Below are positions 36,556 through 49,808 of a stretch of DNA of 64,000 nucleotides, piece after piece (the stretch's first letter is position 1; every line of letters starts with the position of its first letter). The stretch covers positions 3,021,158-3,085,157 of the forward strand of contig BDGG01000003.1 in NCBI GenBank assembly GCA_001949185.1. Direction: 5' to 3'. Origin of the DNA: Ramazzottius varieornatus (lineage: Eukaryota > Animalia > Tardigrada). A program made the translations under genes and the position numbers. The notes under the pieces are model-generated. The model was not told where the DNA came from, did no database searches, and saw nothing but the letters and a program-made list of their open reading frames with translations.

Positions 36556-39500
36556 TCAGGTACAGCCGCAAGACTCTACCGACATGTTGGGAAGGACGCT
36601 TCGATGCACTGCCCCTTCTGCAAAGGACCAAACTTTTACCCATCTGTGTATGCTGCACAAGCCAATGTAGAAGATGAAGAAAATATGAACATCATTTGCA
36701 CCATTCAACCCGGCTTGAAAACTAGAAATTGACTTAAGAGCCAGGCAAACAAAGTCACCCAAATCGCTGTTCCAAGTGGCGCACACTTCCGGCCAATGAC
36801 ACTGAGCAGGTGCGCCACTGGTGAACACAGTCTTATTCGGATTGTTTAGGAACTTTATTGTTTAGGTACATACCTCCGTCGTAGAAGAGCATGGACACAG
36901 CGGACATCCTCGTGGGAGCACAACAGCTGGAAGCTTGCCCGAGTTCGTGATTCATGGCCGAAGACCTCTTGCCGTGTGAACTGTCTGCAAACACAGAAGG
37001 CTACCCGCTTTAATAGTATCATTCAGTTCTAGTCTGGCCTTCGCGAGAAAGATTTAGTTTTGCTGAAGGAGCTTACTGCTTGGATGGCCGAGTGATGGAG
37101 CGTAGGACTCTGGACGTTGCCGCCACACTGTCCCTTGCAAAAGTTGGCCATGTAGCCGCTGCAGAGGAAAAGATAAAGTTAAAAGTCAACAACAGTCTGC
37201 AATGTTTGTCGCTGCATTCCTGACGGATGGCGTCAACTTACTGTGGCTCAAGGATCCAACTGTCCCAGCCGATGTCCGTGAAGTTGATGTAGAGGCTGCA
37301 AAGAATAAACAAGGAGTTAGCCGGTGATCTGTCGCCTTCAGGTAATCAAGTCTTGATTAAGTAGGCTCTTAGGCCTCCAACCAGACTGTCATCTTCGACA
37401 GAACTCGATTGGGTGATCTTCTGAGCAAACAAGGAAACATACCTTTCGCGACAGCACTGAACAGACGACGCGGAACAATCCAAGCCGCGACGATTTCGTG
37501 ATCCTCGTTTGCCTTCTGTAAACAAAACCAACAAGATAAGAAACGGCCCAGGTAAAAACTACAGTACAGTCGCTAATTAACTTCTCAAAGAGATAGTAGT
37601 TTCGTTTTTTCAGCGTGGCTGTTTGCGCAGCTAAGAAGCCGTTGCAGTTTCTAGACTAGCCTGGACTTGCGGCTGAAGCCGGCCGAAAGGTCTGTGGATG
37701 CCGGCGAAGCCAACCGGAATGTCCACGTTTGCCCAGATGGTGTTGCGGAAACGAAGCCTTGGCAAGATATCTTCCTGGCACCAAGCCGGCATATCACGCG
37801 ACCACAACGGAATTTCATCATGTAACAACCCGCTAATTTACACATGCAATCGGACAAGCATCGAGCTAGCCAGTTCCAGAGCTGTTTCAGCAGGCGTCTT
37901 TTCGCTCGTAAACTGAAGCCATTCGGGTTTACGACAACAAGGGGGAGTATTCGAACAACTTGACGGATGGCTTCTATCCCTAAGTTAGGTGATATATAGG
38001 TGATAGGCAAAAGCTCTCCCCTCCATAATTGCAGGAAGAGTGTGCTGAATAAACTTAAGCTTATCTGCGGGGTCGATTTCTAGGTGGACGAGAAAGATAG
38101 CGAATGGACTTTGGTACCCCAAGTTTTGATGTCACGAACGATAAAATTTAATACCTTCCCCAGCTGTTTCAAAACCCGCTGTATTGATAAACTAATTCCG
38201 AAATGCAACCAGTTTGAACTTCATATCAGCCGGCGTATCTCATCCGTTTTGGCTAGCAGCAAAACTTAGAGCTTACCGGTGGTAATGAGGATGAAGGGCG
38301 TGGCATCTCCATCGAGAGCCAGCATCTTCTGGGCTTCGTGGTGGTTGCAGGTTTCGCAGGAGATCTGAAGCATGAAAGACGTTTGAGCATCGCGACGCGT
38401 CCACTGGCGGACAGTTTTTCCGATCTCGACTGGAAGCCAGCCTGAAATAAAAACTACAGTGAGAGACTGCTGTTATATTGGGACGTGGACAAATGATCTG
38501 TATCAAAGTGGCGCACACTTCCGGTAATTAACACTGAAAACGTGCGCCACCTGGAAAACTGAGCACGATCGCTTGTCCAGGCGGTGCACGTTTTCAGTGT
38601 TATAGGCTGAAACCGTACGCTACTTGAAACAACGACCTGGTTCGGTTCATTTGCCACGTCCAATTTATCTTATTTGTTTAGTTTCTTCAGCGAAGTTATT
38701 TTTTGTATTTTGTAGCTGAGGGAAGAATAGATTAGTCATGTTATTTCAATATTTTGTGGTTGTCAGTTCTTAAGGTACAGTCGAGCCCGATAAACATCGG
38801 GCATGGCTAAAGGGAGGAAGTTGATAGTGGCATATCTTGCACGGACTATCCGGCTGGCTGACCGCGTGGGCCGCAGATTGGGTGGCAAAGTACAAGGACA
38901 GACAAATGTTTACCTTCTTTGTGACTGTCCATGCTGGCCACGACGTCCTCTTCAGCCACCGTGTCGTAGCGGATATCGCGGAGGGTCAAGCGTTGTCGAA
39001 TACTGGAGCCACGCTTGATGTTGAGGTGCAGCATGGCTGACTGGATATCCTTCTTGAAGACCACAGTAGGAAGTGTGAAAGAAATGCAGGCAATTTGGTT
39101 GTGGACTTTCTTGACGCATCGACCTGCAGACACTGCAATTATCAATCAGGTTAATTAGTTATCCAGTACATTCAGAAATCAGTAAGACGCGGTTTTTTCA
39201 GGCCATGGCGCATGAAAAGCCTGCATTTGTGATCATTGAGTTTTTGGGTCTTGTACGCTTTCTCGGAGTTTCAGTTTTGGAATGGTAAGGTTCAACTGCC
39301 GTTTTCTGCTTTTTCCCAAGTTCGAAAGGTTTCCCACTGTTATATAACGAAAAACAACGTTCGAAAGATAAGTTTTTCACGGAGGGTTATCACAGTGGGA
39401 AAGTGCGCTATTTTGCGCGGCAAACCTTCAGAAAGATTTCAAGCACAGGGTTCCAGGTCAACGGAAGGACCTGAATGGGCTAAAAGTCAGAGCAAAGGCC

Positions 39501-40905
39501 AACAACGCCTTCGCGCTGTAATTAGACTCTTCTTGAAACGATCAAGCAATTCTAAAATTATGAGAGCTATACTACAGATAACCAGTAGTTGTACCAGATG
39601 AAATTCACTTTATTTTCGCGTTGAAATTTCGAATGCCGGTCTTTCGATCGAGTATTTTGCATCGGCAACGTGAATTCGTGACGTTCACTTCTCGTTCTAT
39701 TGCGTTACTGACATTTATTTGGTAAGCCATAGATTGCAGTTGGGCGATAGGGTGGTGCATGGACAAAGTTCGGCCGGACGTTCCGTTTTAGTTTCGCAAC
39801 CAAATCTGCAAGCCCTATTTTCATCCACCGCAGCACCACCTCGATCAGCCCCGGTAACCTGGCAAGAATGTTGCAGCTACCGACATGTCAGAATCGACAA
39901 CAGCGTGCCGCTTCTATCTTGAAAAAGCGGGTGCCAGAGATCAAAGTTCGAAAGGACATAGAAAGATTATCGAAGATCTTCCGGTAAATAATCTAACGTA
40001 TTAGTGTCCACCAAAAAACAACCTTGCCAAATCTCCCTCGGTTTCTGTGAAAAGTTTATTTTATCTACGGGGAGGGTTTCTAGGAAAGCGCGATCGAGGC
40101 AGGCTTTGACAAATTTCGCTTTAGCAATGAAGATTTATCCCCATTGTGACTACGGGTACCTCAAAATCCCAACAACGCTTCCGGCCTTCTCGGAGGAAAC
40201 TTCGCCTTACTCGGCCTTCAACCTCGGTATCCGGTGGAAGTAGACCCTGTTGCGTTTCCAGTTCTTCATAATATTCAAAACTCTGTTGCACCAGGACACT
40301 GCGCCCAGCTGGTTTTCTCAGGTGGCGCACGACGTCGATGTTAATGGCTGAAAGCGTGCACCACTCAGAAAACTCAACAAGACTGTTCTTCCAAGTGGCG
40401 CATGCTATCAACCAATAGCAATGATAACGTGCGCCACTTGACGGAACGATCTGGTTTAGTCATTTGCCGACGTCACAGTTCATGGAGGAAATCGAGAGAA
40501 ATTTGCGAAAGACTTTTGGAGCGGCTTAGACTTACTTATGTCACCGAAGACTGCCATTTGATTTTCGCGTGCGTAGAACTCCTCCAGACCGGGTGGATCT
40601 TCGACGTCAGGGCTACCATTGTCGACTGCCGGTGAGGACGCCGGTGGGTCGTTGAACATGGACATCTCATGGAAGAGGCTTTTCGGCAAGGATCGCTTTG
40701 GTTTCGTGATGACGGGAGCCTTCTCCATTCGTAGCTTACTCAGGATCTTTTGCTTGATCTGCTCGATGCGCATATTAATGGCCGACCTCGGGTCCAGCCC
40801 GTTGTTGGACATGTGGCAACCTTTGCAGGGGTATGCCGCCGGTAGAAAGGAAAGGGCGATCACCAGCAGAGAAACTACAGCGGTTAGACTCTTGGTCCAT
40901 TCCAT
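36556..40905 (-). CDS. Activin-subfamily TGF-beta ligand precursor (activin-beta/dawdle/myoglianin-like), 8 exons
   Basis: Signal peptide, prodomain CKGC and RIEQIKQKILSKLRMEKAP, GWLPVEI...CETC...PFILI, furin site RNRR, and a 9-Cys mature domain GLDC...[35 protein letters not shown]...SCCAPTRMSAVSMLFYD...LPNMSVESCGCT. Confidence 0.92.
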
Positions 40906-43088
40906 CTTTGAAATACGGTACTGAGAGGGACGATTGCAGATTAGGAACGCCGCTTTTGTGAAGAACCGATCTCAGTTCGGAAGACCGGTTCGACACGGAT
41001 TTGAGTAATACCGAAGAGACATTAAGGCAGCAGGCCAAAGCTCAAAAAGAATCACTACCGCAGCTTTCGAAGATTCAACGGCAACTCAACCTGCGAATCC
41101 AAGCATACAGATAGGTGAATCAATCATCTATCAAGTGAAAACCAATTGGGAAGTCTACAGCTGATTCGACCGTTTCCCCAAGTGGCGCTTTTCATCAGCC
41201 AGTGACATCGAGAAAGCGCGCCACCTGACATAGCAAACTTGTTCAATTCATTTGCCGAGGTCCCGTTTAATATTTCTAACCTTTTCGCTGAAGCCGTTGT
41301 GCAAAGAAAGCAAGATGACTGCAAGGTAAGGATCACTCACACTGTCGCTATGGAGCTATCATCAGCCGGTAGAAGTTTACTTCGACGAGTCCGCGGTTCG
41401 AAAAAATAAGTGAAGTGGAGCAACGGTCTTTCGAAGGGCGATCAATCAACGCGGAAATGTCACAGAATAGGAAAAAAGTGATCGAAGGAGTGGCTGATGA
41501 AGGAGTTCTGAGAAAGACCTTGGTAGCTTACAGCCAGGAGATCGGAGAAGTGAAAGGCGACCACAAGATTGCAGGTACCTTTATCGTTCGAGAAAAGGAT
41601 GAAAGAAGTGATGTTCAACTGTGAGAAGTTGGTAAGAAACTAACTGCTGAAGGTTAATTAACGAACAAACGCCAAGTGCGGGCTGTTACGTGAAAAGTAC
41701 GAAGAAGGACGAGCTATGGTACATCTTCGCCAATTTTTCGCTGCGATCGATGCAGAACGGTACGTACTAGCCAGCGTAAACAGGACGGAAGGAAGGTAGG
41801 TTGGACTTGATTTTCGCCCTTTCCACCCTTTGGACCTTTCTCCCGAAAACCTTATTACACGCGTGTGCCGACGGTCACTTGCCCCAGCTTCCTTACTCCG
41901 TACACAGTATGTACGTACGAACACGGAAACTTTTTGCGTAAAGAGGAAAAAGTGAATACATTTCCGATTCACATTCTCACGCCACATGAATCGCGACCGT
42001 TCACAAGCCATGGAGAAAAACAGCTAGTAAATATTAATTATTGAAGTTCTGAAGCAGGAAACGTAGGATACATGGCTGACACAAGGAACCTCACCCAAGC
42101 CCTCGACAAAATTACCGTTCCGAACAGTAAAATTCGCTTGGACGAATCCCTCGTGAGATTTATGGTCACTAGCAAAGATTCATCCTTCCCGAAAAGTTTC
42201 TCGTGTACAGCCCGAGGAACTTTGGAGAATACACTGTACTGACACAGTGACGTCGCGATACTGCATACTGAGCACAGTACTGTACACGAGACGTGGTGAA
42301 TGATTCGAACCAGAACCAGATCGTTTTACCAATTAGAGCACACTTCCAGCCAAAAACAATGTAAACTTGCGCCACCTGAGATAACCCTTCTGTTCAGTTC
42401 GGCGGCCTTGTTCCACACCTGTTCTGAAGTTTTGATATGCCTTCTATGCCTTATACCCTGAAATCAGCAATTGGGCAAATATGCGGATGGACTACCGAGT
42501 AATTTGAAAGGAATGCTGGCTGGTCACAGCGGCTCGCCGATGCTTGTGTGGTCATCTTCTGATCAGCGATTATGGCGCGTGCCGCGCTATCTTGATTACA
42601 AGATGGGGAGGAATCCCGAAGGATGCCGTTGTGTATCAAGATAGATTAAAGTGGGGTTTGTCAGCGGGATGAAGGCGGACACGCGCCACAATGTCAACAC
42701 GGCCTGCCGCTGGGCTGACAATTCCTCCCCATTCTGTCGCCATTGCCCAGTCGGCCAGCACACCTCAAACAATCACAGACCACACAACATCCAGCCAATT
42801 AGCTAATTATTCAACTGACTCGCTAAAACCAGCCTGGACAATCGTCCTAATCTTCACCCCGAATACCCTCATCAGGTTTTTGTGCTTTGCGAAAACTTAG
42901 CGATGTTGCATATCATGCCGGTCATGGTTGTGCCTGAGCAAGGCAGCCTCAACCTTATTTTGGAAGTAAAATCAAAATATTTCTCCGTATCACGTCTGAA
43001 AGATTGCTGCAAGACCAAAAGTCTTTTCTAATCAACCTAAGCCTTCTTTGCGTATTGGCTAGGTTCCTTGGCAAGCTACCTGGAAAAT

Positions 43089-45687
43089 TCAAACCTCGAG
43101 ATTCAGTGAAAATTTCTTTGCCGCTGTGCTTATCCGCTCGTCGGTGTTATCTTCCCCACCACTATCGCGACTGTTATCCAGGCACTGCCGCAAACCTGTT
43201 GACAGCATGAAAAAACAAGGTTTAATCAGCATCAGCGTGCGAATCACCTTTGCCTTATTTACAATTTTGGTACTTGCACTCTGAAGACAAAGTTCAGCGT
43301 GAAGGCATCAAAGTTATCAACATAACTTCGAAGTTTTTTCTCTCACAGGGGTTTTTCCTCACCTTGTTTTTGTTGTTCAGTCAGTAAGTGGACGAAGAAG
43401 CCGAAGCGAGGAACATTCGCTAGAGCAGCCAGATGACTCAGTGCGTCTTCACGGAGACCTCTGAACAAGGAACAGAATGCATGGGAGGTTTTACCGTAGA
43501 TGACCAATACACTTCAACCACCACTTGAAAAATGACTCATAGTGAATCAAAACTGTACCTTTGACAAAGCTCGACTGATCCATTGACAATGGCCGAGAAC
43601 ATCTCCGGCTCCAAAGTCTGGCCGATCAGTTTGGCATACGAAGACGGCGGGATTTGCTGTGGAAGAAAAAGATCGCTATTGTATAACTCTATGATATCAT
43701 CGATTAACCGAGTTCGAACAGGGATTTGTTAGTGAGCTCTGAGATGAGTAAATCAAAGATAATAGGAAGATCACGAACACTCTTCTACCTGGATGAAATC
43801 AGCACAGGCAGGCGGATTATTGTGAAGACTGAAGCATTTCTGGGAGAAGTCTTTCCACGATAGAACCAACTGCTTCGATGGTAGAGCCACTGGCTCAGCT
43901 TTGGACGGGCTCTCCGGAACATTCTTGTGGACAGAAAGTCTTGTCTTTAGAAGTTCTTCCGGTAGATTAGCTGCTCCCGTGAAGTCTGGGGCAACGGAAG
44001 TAGGAGCTGACGGACGGGTGGAGACCGTTGATTGCGACTTGGAAGCCTCTGACGAAACAACGTCTGCTGCGTCCCGAATTTCGATTTTCTTGAGCGATTT
44101 CTGGTAAAACCACGAAATGGCGTGTATTCAAAAAAATCATTTCGCGATATGCTTTGTATACAAGAAGAAATTCTCATTTTCTTCACTCAATGTAAACGAA
44201 GTTGGTCACAGCATCTCACCGTCGAAGATGGTACTGCAGGTGTGGGGAGGAACTCTAAAGGAATTCTGTTTTTGGTATCAGCGCTGGTTTCGCTCGACTT
44301 TTGTTCAACTTTGACAGTCTTCACTTCGACCATTCCTCTCCTGTTGATTATCGCTTCTTTCTCCAACTCATTTTCCATCTTCGCCTTTACTGATGTGGAT
44401 TTACCGACAGGAACTGCTTCGGACTGCGGTTTTCCTTCAACAGACGAACTCGTCTTCAGGCCAAGTCTTTCTTCCCACTATGAAAACAAATCACAGTTTA
44501 ACAGGTCTATAAACTTGATTAATCTAAGGAAGCTGACAAGGATATCAACAGAAAAAAAAACATCAACTCACCTGTCTGATGATTTCTAGCTTCTCCTTGG
44601 CATCGCCATTCGCTGGATCTAGCTTCAAGACCATGAGAAAATCAGACTTCGCTCCGGCAATATTCTTTAGAGATAGTCGTGCCGTGGCACGTCGATGGTA
44701 TGCCTTCAAGTACGAAGGATCTAACGCCAGTGCAGAGCTACTGTCTTTCTCCGCCTCGGCAAACCTAAGTGCAACAAATACATTTTATCGATGGGCAAAA
44801 GAAAGCGAGACGAATCCATACTTCTTGAGCTTCAAACACGCCATGGCGCGGTTAGAGAAATACACTGGGTTCTTGTAATCGAATCCAAGTGCGCGTGTGT
44901 AGGCCATGGATGCTTCCAGATACTTCCCTTTCTCGAAAAACTCGTTACCCTGCAAGCCAAACAGAAGGTCGAAGTCCCGAAGAGCAGAAGAGATGCATAT
45001 TCTAGCATGAACAACATGAAGTTGATCAGCGCACCTTGATTTTCTCCAGTTCCGCCCGTTTCTTCTTGGCAGCCAGTTCCAGCTCTTCGTTCGAGATGTC
45101 GTTCTCCTCATACTCGCACTCGCTGCCACAGTGTTCTTCATCCTCCACCTTTGCTGTCTGGTAGTCCACGTCATCGCAGGCTTCATCCTACGAAGTACTC
45201 GAGAAGGTAACAGAATTTCGAACGAACAAAATGACCATCACGGGTATGTTTAGTGTATTCCATCGCACTGACGCACTATCATTAACTAAAGATTCGAAAC
45301 GGCGCGCTACATCATCAGAGCAGAAATCTGAATAGTCAATCAACAATCAAGCGTACTCACAACGTTGAATTTGTCCCAAGCGCGATAATCGTACGACTTG
45401 ATTTTCTCCTTCTTGTCAGCGTCCCTCTGCTGATGGATGCACCTTCCCGACGTTTTTCTTGTACTACCCGCAGGATCAATCACTTCCACAATTGGCGCTC
45501 TGCGGATAGGTGCTTTAGTAACGGTTCCCGAAGTGGATTTTTGAAGTAAACCGGCGTCTTTCTGGCGCATATCGCTGGTCCATTCTTGCAGGTCCGACAA
45601 GTAATCCGTCGTCTGGTTAGCATTCTGTCGGATCTGACACTGTAACTCTCGCAGCTTGTTCCTCACCTTGTCCTCTTCGTCCCCCAT
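43089..45687 (-). CDS. RPAP3: RNA polymerase II-associated protein 3 (R2TP co-chaperone, Spaghetti-like)
   Basis: N-terminal QIRQNANQTTDYLSDLQEW and KIKSYDYRAWDKFNV, TPR clamp (GNEFFEKGKY...FSNRAMACLKLKK...KAYHRRATAR) and an RPAP3_C-like region (LAALANVPRF). The last exon is inferred. Confidence 0.88.
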
Positions 45688-46627
45688 GTTGCGCAGACAT
45701 CAACACACCGCATGAAGACCGAAGACAACGATAAACAGACAACAGAAACCGTGAGAAACGAGACGAAAACATCGCTCAAAAAAATCAAAACAAACCAATC
45801 CAATGTGCAAATAACCTTTACTCGGCGGAAGCCCGGAGACCGCCTTGCTGTCGTCACTGCTGTCGTATCATCTGAACGAGACCTACCTGATGGCTCCTTA
45901 ACGTAATAGGCACTGTTGCGAAAGATCGACCCGTGTAGTTCTGGCAAGCGAGTCCCATTTCGCGCGAGAATTTTTGTGCGACCAGCCGTCAGTGGCAGCA
46001 GGATGATCGGCGACTCGCCTGCTTGATTTTTCAGCAGTTCTGAATGCCGTACGTCTGTGCTAAACTGCGCCTACCTGCAGGCCATAGGAAACTTTGAGGC
46101 TGTCTAATGCCCCAGTACGTGTAAGGTCGTCGTTAAGTCGACCACCAGCTCGTGTGAATCATCGGCGAACTCAGAAGATACGGACATCATTATCAAAGCG
46201 CGAAGAACTACCGACTACAGCAAAGCATTCTATCGGTTACACCCACACCGTCACGCATCGGTACACCATATTAGAACATGCTACCCGAAGTCACCATGTA
46301 GCGCACGAGCGGACACTTCGTTGCGCAAAGGACAGATCGGAGCTTCTGGTAGCAATCCATATGCAGACTGTCCGTATACTGTAAGACAGAAATGCTCGAT
46401 AATATATTCACTTGCTTTTGGCAATTATTTTGTATGTGTGATGAACGGCTACAAAAATACATGTGCGTGCGCCAAAGTATAATGGGTAACCACCTGTAGG
46501 TTTCATTAATCAACACTCAGTGCTTGTCTCGTTGTTATTTTTCCTCGCGAAGACTAAACTGTTCACGAGCTCTTCAAATGGCTCCTTGAATGCGTGACAA
46601 AGAAGTGTCATCGTCCCCGTTTAAAAA

Positions 46628-49600
46628 ATGGCTGTTCCACCACGACCCATGGTATTCTGGATGCTATGGATGTTACCATTGATTCCTGCACAATGTCCAC
46701 CCAAGGAAGCTCTCCCAAACTGCGACTGCACTCCGCTCATTGATTTGCCTAACAAACTGAGACTTATTTGCACGGGAATCAAGCCGAGTAGTTTACCGCA
46801 CAATCTGGGGCAACTGGGACCTTTGGATTTAACTGTTCAAAATGGAGGGTTTACTTCCTTATCTGGTCAAATTTCGAATGATCTCAGTATTGGAAAACTT
46901 GTGCTGATAAATAACGGAATCGAGAGGGTTCTTCCCGGTGATTTAAAAGGACTTCCCTCTTCGCTCAGGGAGCTGGTCGTCGGTGAATCAACTTTGAAAG
47001 AGTTCAGCGGTGAAGCATTGAACGATCTAAGCGTCGTGCAGAAAGTGGTTGTTGCAAACTCTACTGCGTTGGAGCGATTTCCGCGAATCAGAAGCTTGCC
47101 TAATTTGGTATCTGTGACGTTCACCAACAACTCGATTCGCTTTCTTGAAGCAGGTAAATGTCTGCGAGTGATGCAATAAAAAGTGATCGCTTCGCCCCGT
47201 CTTCTCCATTTCCTGTTGACTTTGCAGAAAAAGTAGAATGCGGTTCAGTCAACAGAAAATCGAGAATACGTCAAGTTAAACAGATTGTAGTACACGTACG
47301 ATGGATAATTATGGGACAGTAAAGCTTATCGGACAGGCGGAAAGGATGGCAAAATGGAAACTCAACCGTAGAAAAGTGTTGAATCTGTCGTGCACGTACG
47401 TGCTTCCGTACCGCCATAGCGAAATAGCCTGTCCCATAATTACCCATCCTGCGTGTATTGATAAAAGTGTTTGGAACCACGGTGCTTGGGACCACAAGAT
47501 GGTGTTTTCAAGTGGCGCACACTTCAGTCAATTAGTTCGAAAACGTACGCCAACGGACCGTCTTGTCAAGTTTGTTTGCTGGCTCCCAGTTTTTGTTTCT
47601 TTTTACTTCAACCCTTTTTCCGATTTTTCAGGCATGTTTGCTGACTTGCCTAGTTTGGAAGAAATCGACCTTTCCAGCAACAAAATCGAGATATTTGACA
47701 TGAGCACCTTCGGCGACCTGCCCAAGGTCCGTAAGCTGGATCTCACCGGCAATGCACTGACCGACGTTTCCTTCCTGCCACTCCTCCTCCGCCATCTTCC
47801 CAGCCTAAACACCCTGTTTCTCAAGCAGAATAAAATATCGGTCATACCAAACGGTCTTGTCGACGAACTCAAGTCCATTTTAACGGTCGATTTGTCCAGA
47901 AATCACATCAACAAACTCCCACCGAGCATATCCTCCAACAGCTCCTCCACTCTGCGCGAGTTGTACCTTGGTCTAAATTACATCACAGAAATCCCTCCGA
48001 AGTTCTTTGACCAAGCTACCGGTTTGCGAACACTGAGCCTAGCCAATAACACAATCAAAGTCCTGAACACCCAGCTCAACCCACTGAAAGACCTTCTGTA
48101 CCTTCGGCTGGAAGGGAACAAGCTCCAGCGGATCGATGGACAAGCCTTCAACACGTTGTCACGCCTTCAGCTCCTGTCACTGGAAGGAAACCAGTTGACC
48201 GTGCTTGAGAACAACGTCTTCAGCGGAATGGATAGTCTCCAAACGCTCGATCTGTGCCGGAATTACCTGCAGGAGTTCCGTGGAACGGAAATAAAAAATT
48301 TGTCAAGCCTTCAAAATCTTCTCTTTGGAGGGAATAAGCTTCGGAATTTGTACGCGGGATTTGAGAGTTTGACCGGCTTGAAGCGTCTCGACCTGAGTAA
48401 TAACCAAATCAGTAATATCGACGACAACACCTTTACCAACCTGAAGAGCTTGGAAACATTGCAGTTGGAAGGCAATTTATTCATGAAAATCCCTCTAAAC
48501 GCCCTCACGAAACTTCCGGCTTTAGAACGTCTCACGCTGAGCAATAATCGCCTGCAAGTGCTGCCTGTCATGAAAACGATGGGCCATTTAAGGTACCTCG
48601 CTCTGGATCATAATAACCTACCGGAGATCGCAGCCGGGACTTTCTCCAACTTGCCTGATCTTCGACATCTTTTCCTCAGCGACAACCACATCGCTTCGAT
48701 CAAAGAAGGTGCATTCACCAATCTGTACACGCTGTATGTCCTGGATATCAGCTTCAACAACCTCGAATCGATACCTGCAAAAGTCTTCGATAATCTGATC
48801 TCGCTGGAAACCTTGGATCTATCGGGAAACAATATCATCAAACTATCAGACAGTACCTTGGGTAACCTTCCATCTCTTCGGTCCGTCGACCTGTCGCAGA
48901 ACAATATTGGTGAAATTACCGATAAAGCGTTCGACAATGTGCCAAACATGATGCAGCTAAACACCAGCCGGAATTCACTAAACGTCGTACCTATCGCGAT
49001 TTCTCGACAAGCCAAACTACGGAGACTTGACTTGAGTGGGAATCGAATTCGACGTATTGAAGCCAAGAGCTTCGCATCTCTCCAAAAATTGGAGTTTCTG
49101 TACCTGCAGAGGAACCCAATATGTTACCTCGGAGAGACGTCTTTCACACAAACTCCTCAGTTGAAATACATCGACTTATCACAAACCGACCTTCGCTATA
49201 TCCCTCAAAGCGCCTTCAAGCCCGACCAGGATTTCTCCAACGTGGCTTTCCAAAGTGTCTCCATTAACTGCGACTGTAACGCCAAGTGGCTGAGGATGGT
49301 TCTTCCCAATGTACGTTGTGCCACACCGGGGAGCCTCATGCAGATGAAAGTCTCGCAGGTCGACCCGGTACTGATGACGTGCCAAGATGGCAGTACTCCA
49401 GCGGATCGGTGTACTGTACTTCCAGTCCCCACGAGACCGCCGAGGATGCCAATAGGGCCGCTCGCACCAACACCACCTTCCGCTGACGGAGTTCCGACGG
49501 CCGACCCCGTGGAGAATCAGATCGGAAGAGGGTCCATGAAAGAAGCATGGTTAACTCAAAGAGAGACGGACTACAAGACACAAGAATTAGAAGCTATCCA

Positions 49601-49694
49601 GCAAGCGAAGCAAACTAGTTCTGGTTCGAAATTCATCATTTCGAATGCTTCCTTCCATCTGCTGATATCTTTGATCGTTTGGGGCGCCATCTAG
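46628..49694 (+). CDS. Secreted, probably GPI-anchored leucine-rich-repeat protein (chaoptin/connectin/IGFALS-like); one intron at about 47153-47631
   Basis: Signal peptide and LRRNT (QCPPKEALPNCDC), more than 20 LxxLxLxxN repeats, LRRCT (INCDCNAKWL...RCATPGSL), Pro-rich stalk, hydrophobic C-terminus with no cytoplasmic tail. Confidence 0.9.
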
Positions 49695-49808
49695 CCAGCT
49701 TGAATCTTTCAACTAACTTCCGGCTTGAAACAGAAATTCCAGTAACAATGCCAAAATCAATAATAGTAAAAGGTTTTGTTGCCTACGTAAAATGTAATCT
49801 CGGAAAAA

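Noticed and set aside
42199-42291. 12-bp inverted repeat TCTCGTGTACAG upstream of the activin gene
   Set aside because: Single short copy without a TSD; cannot be distinguished from chance or an old remnant.
47301-47631. N-terminal part of the 797-aa ORF
   Set aside because: Intronic read-through containing a hairpin-repeat copy; the real exon starts after the AG at about 47631.
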